DNA of 64,000 nt, taken from the NCBI GenBank assembly GCA_008632985.1, contig QPGO01000124.1, positions 1 to 64,000 on the forward strand, written 5' to 3'. The first letter of the stretch is position 1. Each line of letters begins with the position of its first letter. Shown here one piece after another: positions 22,801 through 32,594 of the stretch. The translations under genes and the position numbers were made by a program. The notes under the pieces are model-generated. The model saw nothing but the letters and a program-made list of their open reading frames with translations. It did not search any database and was not told the origin of the DNA. Source of the DNA: Psammoneis japonica (Eukaryota).

Positions 22801-23315
22801 TCGTTGCCGAGGAAACGATCGAGTGCAATGTCAAGGGGTTGTGCAGTTTCAACTTTCTCGGTTTTGTATTTGGAAATCGGGGATGCAACAATCTGGTTAA
22901 AGTCGAGAGTATCGAGGCCGTCGCCTTCGTCGTCCCCGTTGTCGCTTTCAAGCAGTTTGTATTCCGCGTGGTCCGCGCTAGACGGGCGGCGTTGGAAATA
23001 GTCTATTTCAATCCCATCCTCGTTAAATGAGTTGCTGTGAAAAGGACGTGGAGAGTCCACGTTTCTGAACTCTTCGTTGCCTGAAGTAAACATTTCCACA
23101 AAAAGGGAGAGAGGCTGACTGACATCGTTGACAGAACCGATTGCTTTTAAGTGTGGCCGGAGGGCACTAGTAGATCGCTTTTGAAGTTGTCTAGCAGCGT
23201 CTCGAACGACTTTGTCGTCTGTTCCATCGTCTAACATTCCTTTGGATGCGCATGTCGACGGCATCACTTGGCTGGTGTCCAGCTTTCCGCCCCTTTTGGT
23301 TAGAATTACTACCAT
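19851..23315 (-). CDS. 1,154-aa repeat-rich hypothetical protein, paralog of 25747-26802
   Basis: Intact ORF with ~8 repeats of the type (D/E)SLYTLD(F/V)...KVE...DR(F/L)(L/C)...KPY. The C-terminal block ITEFAKWK...FNPMFEE...ATWETAST...AHAILAEF is shared with the neighbour. Confidence 0.8.
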   Translation of the reverse strand: MVVILTKRGGKLDTSQVMPSTCASKGMLDDGTDDKVVRDAARQLQKRSTSALRPHLKAIGSVNDVSQPLSLFVEMFTSGNEEFRNVDSPRPFHSNSFNEDGIEIDYFQRRPSSADHAEYKLLESDNGDDEGDGLDTLDFNQIVASPISKYKTEKVETAQPLDIALDRFLGNEKSSRLNTSPTNTGPKPYLLKSFAEEQPIHIEIDEDGHESLYALDFRSIERPKDLEDKTEKVETVQPVESALDRFLCEKSSRLHKPHTNNGPKPYLLKSFAEEQPIDIEIDDDGHESLYTLDVSSRKRPQDLEYKAEKVETSQSFDRTLDRFLCEKRSRLHNPQTNNGPKPYLVKSFAEEQPIDIEVDEDGHESLYTLDVSSRKRPQDLEYKTEKVETLQSLDRTLDRFLCEKRSRLHNPQTNNGPKPYLVKSFAEEQPIDIEVDEDGHESLYTLDVSSIKRSKHLEIKNEKVNHGHRKVCPSAGSQRTKLALKKSGYRGTDDDILYTLGFNQIKRSESHLEDQAEKAYSGETKPCDGVVDRLCPGTDSPSDSSVPKFERPYHVKHLASTKPRYLQADEDSLYTLDFNQMKGSENLKDKIQTADTSAAEPFDNVVDRLCHGKESPSEDSPPTNDEKPYRVAHYASKKSRYREMNDSCYTLDKTEKADSGETKPFGGVVDRLCHRTDSPSDSSLAKTEKPNLAKHCATKDSQYREIDDDTLYTLNFNKMNGSENLLGDKVKEAETGAAQQPFDSVVDRLCRGKDLPSISSSTNIEKPYHVKHWATKKSRYRDVDDDSLYTLNFNLIKRSEVLDDNVEKVDEAKPFDKVVDNLCDGKGCLSEIPRTKDGPKPVYALNFDAMKRFKNSKDEVEKTCSADTIDAILDRLFNGKDLSLEFQILFGDQKPYLVKEFAAKKAKDREIQNESHVLNSSGGMNITEFAKWKREFAKFKKEKAKAATLAARARERRRRLEAFNPMFEEMFDNKRTSNRVSGEQSWAFTDEEWDSFEDFTTREGRASGDDATWETASTCSTGTFPDISKHCVVDESISKAMKEVEDAHAILAEFVELHGIPFARLTEMLESTWRPKQEHASNSHFDSKAKKSAKGVRGVFRRSNPRHYREEKAKDSGGDDCSVDLFGSSNPREKKAKEADRDDCSVDLFRTMLL
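21965..22870 (-). repeat. Four tandem 231-bp (77-aa) coding repeats
   Basis: ttgagc(t/g)aa(c/a)gtctagag(t/c)atacaggctttcatgaccg starts at 21965, 22196, 22427 and 22658. The first two copies are near identical. Confidence 0.95.
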
Positions 23316-23759
23316 CGTCCAACATCTGCGAGTAGTTTGGCGGAAGTTGACCGGACCTGCCGCTTTGATGGCGATTGAAAAAATGTGTAATGGACGCCGA
23401 TTTCAAAAAATTTAGTCATGTACATGAATTTCAACAAAATGTATCATTGAATATTTGATATTTTTGATTCGTCTTAGTCTTTGAAGAAACCATTTCTGAG
23501 AAAAGTACCAAATGAATACATACATTCTCACAAACATACATATACTGTAATGCCTGTACGTGTCATATTCAAATATTCACATTTTTCTGGAATAACATTG
23601 TACATACGTACAGACATTGTCGCGTCGGTGACTCGTCATCATCTTCTATCCTCAGGAAAACAACCTAATAATTGTTCAAGCTTCAGACCTGTTAGAATTG
23701 TCTCGATGAAAATGTCACGCATTCATTTTGACGCGCGAAATAGATCTATGGGGGGGCGG

Positions 23760-25320
23760 GGAATTCATGGTGCCGGCATCAACGCACAGGCAGAAGGTGC
23801 CATACGACCGCACAGCATGGGCGAGTGCTGTGGTGCACCGGCTGTGCAGGTGTGTGGTTGCAGACCTGGTCTGTCACATGGTGCGGTGCACACTCTCTAT
23901 GGTGCCAGAATGAAGCTGCAGTGCCCGACCACTCTCCACCACACCAACCAGAGAGGCTTCAGTGCCGAGCACGCACGCAAAAACAGCTGCTTGCAAAATG
24001 TGAGCATCTTTCCCACATGATGTGTGTGGTGGGACAGAAGCTGCAAAGCAATCTGACTGCATTGTGTGCCACAAATTCAAGACTCTTCTTGCCTTTCTGG
24101 CAGATCAGAGCCCAGGCAAAAAGCCCCAGCTGCAGTTTTTGTTTGCCAGCACCACCCTGTTCTCTGCTTCCCCACTGCTCTGGCTGAGCACGCTTCTTTT
24201 TAAAACTTTGAAAAAGTGGTTGTCTCTTTCTGCCCAAAAGAGCACTGTTCCAGCCCTGCAGTTTGATGCTTGTTGCAGTTGAAGTTTCTGAATTTCTTGG
24301 CTGGCACAGCACACTTCTCTGGGTGAGCACAGCAGCTCTCACAAATTTTGCTGCACCCATCAGAGGCTCAAACATGTTCTTTTTGCTGTGCCAGAAATGT
24401 CCACAAAGGCCAACAGACCCAGCATTGGCTTGTTCTGAGATGCTGTGTGGAAAGGTGCCCTTGAGCAGCTCTCCTTTGTGCAGTGCACATGAGGCGCTCC
24501 AGCTGCTTTGAGAGGAGAGCGGGTTTGCTCAATGTTTGTGCATTTTCTGTTGCACAGTTGTTTCCTTCACTCCACTGCACACCTCACAGAGCATGTGAAT
24601 TGTCCAAAAATGAGAGTTGACAAGGTGGCAGATTTGCACATCAGAGGAAAACATTGCGCCAGTGAGAACCTTGCCACCCCTTTTTGGGACACTTCTGTTT
24701 GGACACCTTTGCCATGCACACTCAAACTGGATTTCTCAACAACTGCAAAACAAAGTGTTGTTCACAAAAAAAATTCAACATGCATGGGGAGAGACATGGA
24801 CAAAGGCGCTCAGGTGGCGGTGGTGAGGAGAGCACGGGGGTTCCCTTTGTTTTCAGCACTCTCTGGAAAAGCCAAAATGGTGTGGTGGATGAGACCCACC
24901 AACACTGTTGAGAAAGACTGACAAATGTTTTCAATTGTCAGGCACTTGTTGTGATCAAGTTCTGAGTTGCAATGGATTCTTCCATGGATCATGATTTTTT
25001 CATTCCTCTTCAGAGGTGTTCTTGAACAAGTTTGCTCAAAACTCTCTCTTCCAAGGGTCAGAGGTCAGAGAGGGGGATCTTGACCCAACTTCCACAAGAA
25101 ACCCACCTTTCTTGCATTTGGCCACAGCATTTCAATGTGGGCTCTGTGTGCACCTCCAGTCATTCACATGCTCTTCTTCCTTTTGAGGTGCCGCAACGGG
25201 CTGGCTTGGTGCTCTTTGCTGGGGGCACATGCCTTGCAACAATCACTGTCTGCACAGCAGCCCAGGTTTTGCACTTCCAGGGGAAAGCAAGGGATGCTAA
25301 GTTGTGTGTGACATGAGAAA
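23760..25320. other. TpA- and CpG-depleted block (degenerate repeat/TE) between two paralogous genes
   Basis: Only a handful of TA seen (~23803, 23897, 24201, 25298). CG persists at the left edge and fades inward. Confidence 0.85.
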
Positions 25321-25369
25321 TCTATCAGAATGAAGTTTCGAGGTTCCTGCAACACAGCAAGAGCAAGCA

Positions 25370-25590
25370 AGGGGCTGACACTGGCTCACACAGACCCAGC
25401 TCGAAGCCTCCTTCAACTCGATTACAACGAAGCGTGCGGGATGCGTTGTCAGTGTAAGAACATCTGCGAGATGAGCAAGGAATTCCTTTTTTGATTCTGC
25501 AAACTTGACAAAGCACCTCGTGAGCAAGGTCTGCATCTTCTTGCAAACTTGATAACGCACCTCGTGAGTAAGGTCTGCATCTTCTTGCAT
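25370..25590 (-). pseudogene. Degenerate duplicate of the 3' end of the 25747-26802 gene
   Basis: ctggctcac..agacccagctcgaa.cctcctt and gatgagcaa..ggattcctttt.ga.tc.gcaaact.gacaa match 25738-25900. Translation EDADLAHEV..VKFAESK...SSWVC compares with EAELAHEILVEFAESK...SSWVY. Confidence 0.75.
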
Positions 25591-25746
25591 TTTGAGTGTG
25601 TACTTCGTATAATAGAGACAAAGTCAGGAATGCCGCACTGTGTGTAACGAATGAAAATCTTCTAGAATGTAGTTTTGCGGTTTCTCTACTTAACCGCAGA
25701 GCAGTTTCTACCACCCGGTGACAGCAGGCAAGGAGCTCTGACTGGC

Positions 25747-26802
25747 TCACGATGAAGAGAAATAGACCCAGCTCGAACCCTCCTTTCTTTTAACATGAAT
25801 CGCGCGGCAGGCATTATCCAAAAAATCGGTGAAATGAGCAACGGGGATTCCTTTTGACTCCGCAAACTCGACAAGTATCTCATGAGCAAGCTCTGCCTCT
25901 TTGACTGCACTAGACATTGGACCATCGATACAATAAATGTTGGTGGCGGAAAGAGTAGAATTTGTTGACGTGGTTTCCCAAGTGGCTTCGCCCCAGGTCC
26001 TTTCACCCTCCAGTGTTCTACGGGTGTGATCATCGAGCGTGTCGTACTCTTCATCAGTGTATAACGACGACTGCTCATGACCTTTCTTCTTTCCTGTCGT
26101 TTCATTTTCGGGCGCCTTTTCCTCAAACATGGGGGTGAACTCCGCCATCCGTCGATAGCGTTCATCATATCTGGAGGAAAGAGCGGCTGCTTTCGATTTC
26201 CACTTGGCAAACTCGTCAATTTGCATACCACTTACTGAATCCAAAATGAGCATTTCATTTTCAATCTCAATGTCTTTCGATCGCCTTGCAGCGAGATGTG
26301 CGTTAGGCACATCGTTGTCTACCGTTTGCTCTGTATCACTTTCTTCTACCGTGTCTTCGAGGCTCTTTGATTCTTCGATCAGATTAAAATCCAGAGTGTA
26401 GAGGCTGTCGTCGGCGTCATCGCCATGGTCGATCTCAACTTCAACCTTTTTGTTCATACCGGTGGAGGAGTTTGAGCCTGAAGCCGGGCAGCTATGAACA
26501 CAGTATTTTTCAATCACATCACCTTTCAATGATTTGCTGTGAAAATATCGTCGAGAGTCCAAGTTTTTCGACTCTGCATTATCTGAAGTAAATTCCACGG
26601 TAACGACGAGAGGCTGGCTGAGGTCGTCCACAGAACAGATCGTTGGTTTCTTCTCGGGACGAGTCCATTGCCATTGAAGCCTGCCAGTCGAGGATGATTC
26701 CTCGTCAGTGCCTGCACGTAACCTCCCTTTTGCGGAGTAGCCCTTTAACGACGCCAAATGGGTAGTGACCAGTTTTCCGCTGGTACGGGTAGGAATTACC
26801 AT
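25747..26802 (-). CDS. Hypothetical protein, short (single-repeat) paralog of 19851-23315
   Basis: Similar N-terminus (MVIPTRTSGKLVTT vs MVVILTKRGGKLDTS), plus DDLSQPL, DSLYTLDFN, IDEFAKWK, FTPMFEE and ATWETTST. Confidence 0.8.
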   Translation of the reverse strand: MVIPTRTSGKLVTTHLASLKGYSAKGRLRAGTDEESSSTGRLQWQWTRPEKKPTICSVDDLSQPLVVTVEFTSDNAESKNLDSRRYFHSKSLKGDVIEKYCVHSCPASGSNSSTGMNKKVEVEIDHGDDADDSLYTLDFNLIEESKSLEDTVEESDTEQTVDNDVPNAHLAARRSKDIEIENEMLILDSVSGMQIDEFAKWKSKAAALSSRYDERYRRMAEFTPMFEEKAPENETTGKKKGHEQSSLYTDEEYDTLDDHTRRTLEGERTWGEATWETTSTNSTLSATNIYCIDGPMSSAVKEAELAHEILVEFAESKGIPVAHFTDFLDNACRAIHVKRKEGSSWVYFSSS

Positions 26803-27158
26803 CGTCAAGATCGTTAAAGGCTGTTATTGCGCCTGTTTTTTTGTTCCGTTCGCTTTTTCGCGCCGCGACTTGGCGGGCATTTGGAAATAAAACTTTATGC
26901 TCTCCTTCATAAATTTTGAATCATAAACACTTACATAAAATAATATTGGGATACATAGAATTTTCATATTTATCCCTTAGTGGCTATTATTCAACTTCAA
27001 TCAAACCTGTTTAAATCATTCAACGGTAAAAAAAACGGCTAGACAGAGGAAAAAATGGCGGGAAATGTTGTCACACATGAAAAATGTTGGCGGGGAAACG
27101 CAGACGCTATTTCAATGTTCATGCTGACCTTTTCGATCTTCGAATGCCACCAACGGAC

Positions 27159-27159
27159 A

Positions 27160-27205
<46 letters not shown>

Positions 27206-27213
27206 GAAGAAGA
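27159..27213 (+). repeat. Compound (TG)n(AG)n(AAG)n microsatellite
   Basis: Direct reading. Confidence 0.9.
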
Positions 27214-27991
27214 AGGGATCGATCTCGTTCGCGTTTCATGCTCTCCTCGACAGAAATTGACAATTTGAACATTGCGACACATCGTATGTGACGACAGAAA
27301 GATCGAGAAGTACTCTACATCTGATTATTTGTTTGGTGGGTTGGTTCCAGTGCTTTCTTCCGTTCGAGTAAGGTCCACTCTGCTTATTTTGAGATTCCGG
27401 TTTTAATTCTACCAAAATCAGCATACCAATCGCAACAGGTGCAGAATTAAAATTTCTCGACAAGTTCGCGAGATTCATCGGCTGCCCGTCGGTTGAGCCA
27501 GTGATTGATTGCGATGATGGACTAATCTAAATCCTTTTTTCGTGCGACGGTACGCGATTCAACCCCATTGAATGGCATTTCTCTTGGGCCCTGATATATG
27601 AAGGCGTTCATTCACAGCGACTTGTGCCACGTGGGATATGAAATCGTATAGTACTGTGATGTTTCAAGCCGGCGGACAAAGGTACCGTACTTAAAAGAAG
27701 CTCTTGATTCCGGACAAGAGGGAGTGATTATTCATCGCTTCTTTCTCGTTGATGGCTCACAGCACTTGCTAGTACAGCGCTCTAGGCCCGGCCGTTTGGT
27801 AGCATGACGACAAGATGCAATGGTAACTACTCTATCGGTAGCCATACGGTGCACGCGGGGCCAATGCTCCCCACTTCGCGTAACTTTTTAGAACTCTAAA
27901 CACTCGGGTCCTAGATTCGGTAGTATTATGCGGACTCAGCTCTAGGACACGCGAAAAAGGAGCTTCCCCTTGCTCTTGCCGGACTCCAGAT

Positions 27992-28282
27992 TGCCGAGTA
28001 TCACGGTCATCTATATTCATTCGTATATTCATTCGTGGGTGTCAGCCTGATGTCAAAAGTGTCAAAAGGATGTCAACGATGACACTTTCTAGAAACCTCT
28101 TCTCCTTTCTCGATACATCTCGATGCCTCTCGAAAGATTGTTTCTTTATATTTCTACGCGTTTCTTAGTATTAATTCTACGAGATTTCGGAGTAGCCGAA
28201 TCTCTTTCATTTCTTCTCACAATGTTGGCAACAGTCAATTTTTACAACGCTACTTTATGCTGTTACTTGGCGCCACTTGGCA
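27992..28282 (+). repeat. 5' LTR
   Basis: TG...CA termini. Matches 32595-32885 with about 9-10 differences. Confidence 0.95.
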
Positions 28283-28355
28283 TAGTAAATTTACTCCCAA
28301 ACACTTATTCATCTCTCTTGAGACATATCTACCGATCATATTGTCCTGACCAGAC

Positions 28356-29963
28356 ATGTCAGCAGAAAACTGCCCGTTCGAACTTGAGCGTCCTGACCGC
28401 TCTGAGGAAGAGCGACGCAAAGACCAATTCGTGTCTTTTGAAAGCCCCATTGATCCTGACGATCCAGATGGGCTTAAAACTACGATCGAGGTACGTAAGT
28501 TAGCTTCAACTGAACCGGAAGATGTTCTTACCTTCTGGTCAAACTTCGATGAACTTGTCAACGATCTCGGCGCGGCTGAAGGACAGCCACGTTTCCGGCT
28601 CGTGACCAGACTTATGACCGGAACACCAAAAGACGACTGGGAAATCGTCGTAAACGAATACGAAAACCGCGACCAAGTTACATTCGACACTTGTCGTGAA
28701 GAATTTCTGCTCCAACACATGGACAGAGAAATTGCCCTTGACACCAAGGAATGGCTTCAAAGCCTCAAGAAACCCAGGAACCAAACTGTCAAGTCATTTG
28801 TTGATGACATCCGTCGCTTTAATAAGTTGATTGATGTCATGCCTGCGCCAACCGAAGATGACGCCGAAAGAGTTCCGTCATTCACGGAAGCGGAACTATC
28901 CGCAATCCTTCGAAAATGTGGACCAAGATCATGGGCCGAAACTCAGACTAAAGCCCGTCTTCGCAACTTAAACTTGAACGACCAAGCTCAACACTACGAG
29001 ACTCTCCAACGTATGGAACAACGTGGTGACAAAGGGTCTGCCGACAACAACAGACGCAACAACAATCGGAATCGACGCAACAACGGTCAAAATGCGCGTC
29101 GCGGCCAGAGCAACGACCAAAATCGCGATGCCAGGAACAGGAACCAAAACAATCGTGAACAAACATGTCCAATCCATGGCGTTGTACATCCGAACGGTCA
29201 AGAGTGCAATGTCATCCGTCGTGAACGTGAAAATTATGAGCGGAACCGCGCAAATCGGAGTGCGCCTAATCAACAAAATGGCTCTCGAAACGAGCCGACA
29301 CACCGCTGTCCTACACGGAGCCGCACACGGAACGTCGAAAACAACAATGTGGACTCCAAAGCTAGTCGCTCCGCTTCTAACGATGTCGACAGCGTCGCGT
29401 CAGATGACATCAACGACATTTTTGAAGATGTCACGTCTCTTCTAGACGATTCCATCGAATCCGAAATAGAAGACAATCTCACCACGGAAGCACGTGTCCA
29501 GATGATTGACACTCATTCTGGAATGCACAAGTTCCGTGTTGCTCCACTCGATGCCGGCGCAAATCGCAATTTTGTGAAGCGCTCAGCCCTTCGCGGGATT
29601 CCTCACAAAATCAGTAAATGCAACGTTCCCGTTAAAGGCCGTTACAGTGCCGTTAATCTGCACGAGATTGCGACGCTGACATTGAAGTTCCCAGACTTCG
29701 CATCGTCCAAGAAGGTTTCCGTCGATGCTTGTGTGGAAGACAAAGCCGCAGGAAAACACGACATTGTCATCGGAAGAAAAACCGCCACAGAAATGGGACT
29801 CGTTTTTGATTTTCGACATCAAACAATCACGTGGGACGATGTCACCCTATCCATGCGATCCAAGGGCTCTTTCGACCAAGTCGAAGTTAATGCATTCATC
29901 CCGGCGATGCTGAATTACCCAAGTTCTTCCAGAATGCCGTCAACCGTCAGGTTCGAGGTATGA
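28356..29963 (+). pseudogene. gag: Gypsy gag + aspartic protease
   Basis: Capsid-like N-terminus (WLQSLKKPRNQTVKSFVDDIRRFNKL), Zn-knuckle-like CPIHGVVHPNGQEC, and protease APLDAGANRNF...HDIVIGR (DTG mutated to DAG). Frameshift near 29900. Confidence 0.85.
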
Positions 29964-30072
29964 CGAGCAATCGCACGACAAGCACAATTGTCGCGACATG
30001 GTTCTACGCTGCAAACACCTTGATGACGATCAACAGCACCAACTCATCGAACTCTTCGGATGACACCCGCAA

Positions 30073-31400
30073 TTGTTCGATGGCACACTTGGAGCTGCAC
30101 CCGGTAAACCCGTCCATTTGACCCTGAAACCAGGATCGCGTCCATGCTGTGCGAAAGCTTGCACTGTTCCGCAAGCGTTGTGTCCCATGGCTCGCAAAGA
30201 AGTGGATGAATTGGAAAAAATCGATGTCATCATGCGCAAACTTCACTCTCCCTGGGGCGCACCCTGTCTTTTCCGATCGAAGAAGAGCGGTGGCATCCGT
30301 TTCTTGTCCGATTTGCGGAAACTCAACGAGTGTCTCGAACGGCATCCATGTCCACTGCCTGTTGTCGACGACGTCGCATGGAAAATGAACGGCTTTACCT
30401 GTGCGACATGTTTGGACCTCAACCGAGGCTACTGTCACTTCGTGCTTGACGACGAGTCAAAAAAACTCTGCGGCATCATCCTGCCGTGGGGCAAGCATTG
30501 CCACAACCGCCTGCCGCAAGGAATCAAACCGGCAAGCGACATTTTTCAAGCTTGCATGACAGACATTTTTCATGACATGGAAGACATCATAGTTTGCATC
30601 GACAACATCATCCTCTTTGCCAAGAACGACTTCAACCATCACTGTCAACGACTCGAACTCGTCTTGCAACGGCTCCTCGCGAACAATCTTCACGCACATG
30701 TCAAAGAATCCCATCTCGCCGCCAAGACCGTCGACTGCTTAGGCTGTGCCATGACTGCAAAAGGCATTCAGCCTCAGAAAAAGAAAATCCCACCCTTGCT
30801 TCGCTTCGCTCGCCCTCAAAACCGTCGACAATTGCGTGGTTTCATCGGGTTCGTGAATTATTACAAGAAATTGTGGCACCGACGCAGCCACACTCTTACG
30901 CCCTTAACTGCGCTGTCATCAGACAAAGTCAAATTCAAGTGGACTGACGTCCACACGGAAGCTTTCAATCAGATGAAAAAAATTGTGGCGCGCGAAATCC
31001 TCCTCCGATTCCCCGACTTCTCTCAACCTTTCAAGATCTATCCGGATGCGAGTGATTGTCAACTTGGTGCAGTGATTGCTCAAGATTTTGATGATGGCGA
31101 ATGGCCAATTGCATTCTACAGCCGAAAATTTCTCAAGCGCAACGAAACTACACGACAATGGAAAAAGAGCTGCTGTCGCTCGTGGAAACGACCGAAAATT
31201 TCAAAAGCATCCTTTTTGGTCATCGATGCCACCCATTTGCCGATCACAAAAATCTTACATTTGACAAATTCAAGTCAGAACGCGTCAAACGCTGGCGTTT
31301 ACTTCTCGAGGAGTGCGATTGCTCTTTCGAGTGCCTGCCAGGCCACAAGAATGTCGTGGCTGATTTTTTGAGTCGCCATCCCCTTGTCCAAGTCGATCAA
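30073..31400 (+). pseudogene. pol: Gypsy reverse transcriptase and RNase H
   Basis: SPWGAP, IRFLSDLRKLN, LDLNRGY, RLPQG, VCIDN (YxDD site), QLRGFIGFVNYY, DASD, IAFYSRK. After a frameshift at ~31130: NYTTMEKELL and DHKNL. Confidence 0.92.
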
Positions 31401-32573
31401 AGCGATTACGAGGAAATGACTTCGTTGGAAATCGATCCTTCAATATTCCCCGTTACTTTCGACATTATCGCCGACCATCAGAAAAAAGATTCTGCTCTTC
31501 AGCAACGACTCGACAAGTCCGAATCCTACTCAGCCGAACTGTTCAACGGAAAACAGATTATCCTTTACAAGAACAAGATTGTCCTCCCTCCAACGCTTTT
31601 TCCTGCAGTTCTACGGTGGTACCATGAAACTCTCTGCCATCCTGGTGCTAATCGCACCTGCCAAACTTTGGCTTCACATTTTTACATTCGCGACATGCAG
31701 ACGAAAGTCCGTACTTTTGTCCGTAAGTGCCGCACGTGTTCCAAATCCAAGCGCACTACGGCAAACTATGGCGAATTACCTCTTCCAGATACTACTTATA
31801 AACCTTGGCAGGCAACTCAAGTCGATCTTTTCGGTCCCTGGACGTATGCCGACAAAAATGGTGTCGATCGCAAAATCAGAGCCGTTTCAATTATTGATGT
31901 CGCAACCCGTTGGGTCGAACTCGCGAACTATAAGTTCAAAACGTCCGAAGACATTTCACTTATCGTCGATCGCGAGTGGTTTTGTCGCTATCCGCGACCA
32001 GAAATTGTCATTTATGACAACGGTTCCGAATTCACTTCCGAGTTTACAGATCTCCTCTACAGTTATGGTGTTAAACCGAAACCTACAACAATCAGAATCC
32101 TCAAGCCAACGCGTTCGTTGAACGTATTCATCAAGTGATAGCCGATTCTCTCCGTGCGATGGATCTCCCTTCTCGCGATCATGATGAAGACACAATTCAT
32201 GGAATTTTGCAATCCGTTGCATGGGCCTTGCGCAGTACTACCATACTGCCCTTATGTCGTCTCCCGGACAAATTGTCTTCGGTCGAGACATGATCATTTC
32301 TGCTACTTATCTTGCGAACTGGAAAATGATTAATACCCGTCGCAAGCGCGATGTCCTACGCAATAATCTCCGCGAAAACGCAAAACGTCTTACTTACGAC
32401 TACAACATCGGCGATCAAGTCTTCGTTATGACAAAGACATCCAACGCAAACTCAACACCAAAGATGGTCCTTTCTGTATCGTACGTGTCCATACCAATGG
32501 AACCGTTACCATCCAGCGCTCGCCTCACGTCACTGAACGTATCCATATCCGCCGTCTTCACCCTGTCTTCTAA
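31400..32573 (+). pseudogene. pol: Gypsy integrase (HHCC + DDE), with frameshifts
   Basis: WYHETLCHPG...CRTC; QVDLFGP; IIDVATRW; YDNGSEF. Ends [10 protein letters not shown]. No chromodomain. Confidence 0.9.
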
Positions 32574-32583
32574 CGTCTCAATT

Positions 32584-32594
32584 GGGGAAGCGAG
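32584..32594 (+). promoter_or_regulatory. Polypurine tract
   Basis: ggggaagcgag immediately 5' of the 3' LTR. Confidence 0.8.

Noticed and set aside
27300..27991. Possible gene or element interrupted by the Gypsy insertion
   Set aside because: No convincing ORF, terminal repeat or continuity with the sequence after 32885 could be established by eye.
29300..31350. Alternative genetic code or RNA editing restoring Tyr from TGY/CAY codons
   Set aside because: Neighbouring genes and the element's own integrase use TAY normally. Changes also cross codon boundaries (gat-acc->gat-gcc) and hit non-coding LTR sequence.
29300..31350. ADAR-type editing of the retroelement RNA, classical RIP, or 5mC deamination as the sole cause
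   Set aside because: Genomic-RNA editing would give only sense-strand A->G, but T->C is also common. RIP creates TpA rather than removing it. CpG is intact in this element.
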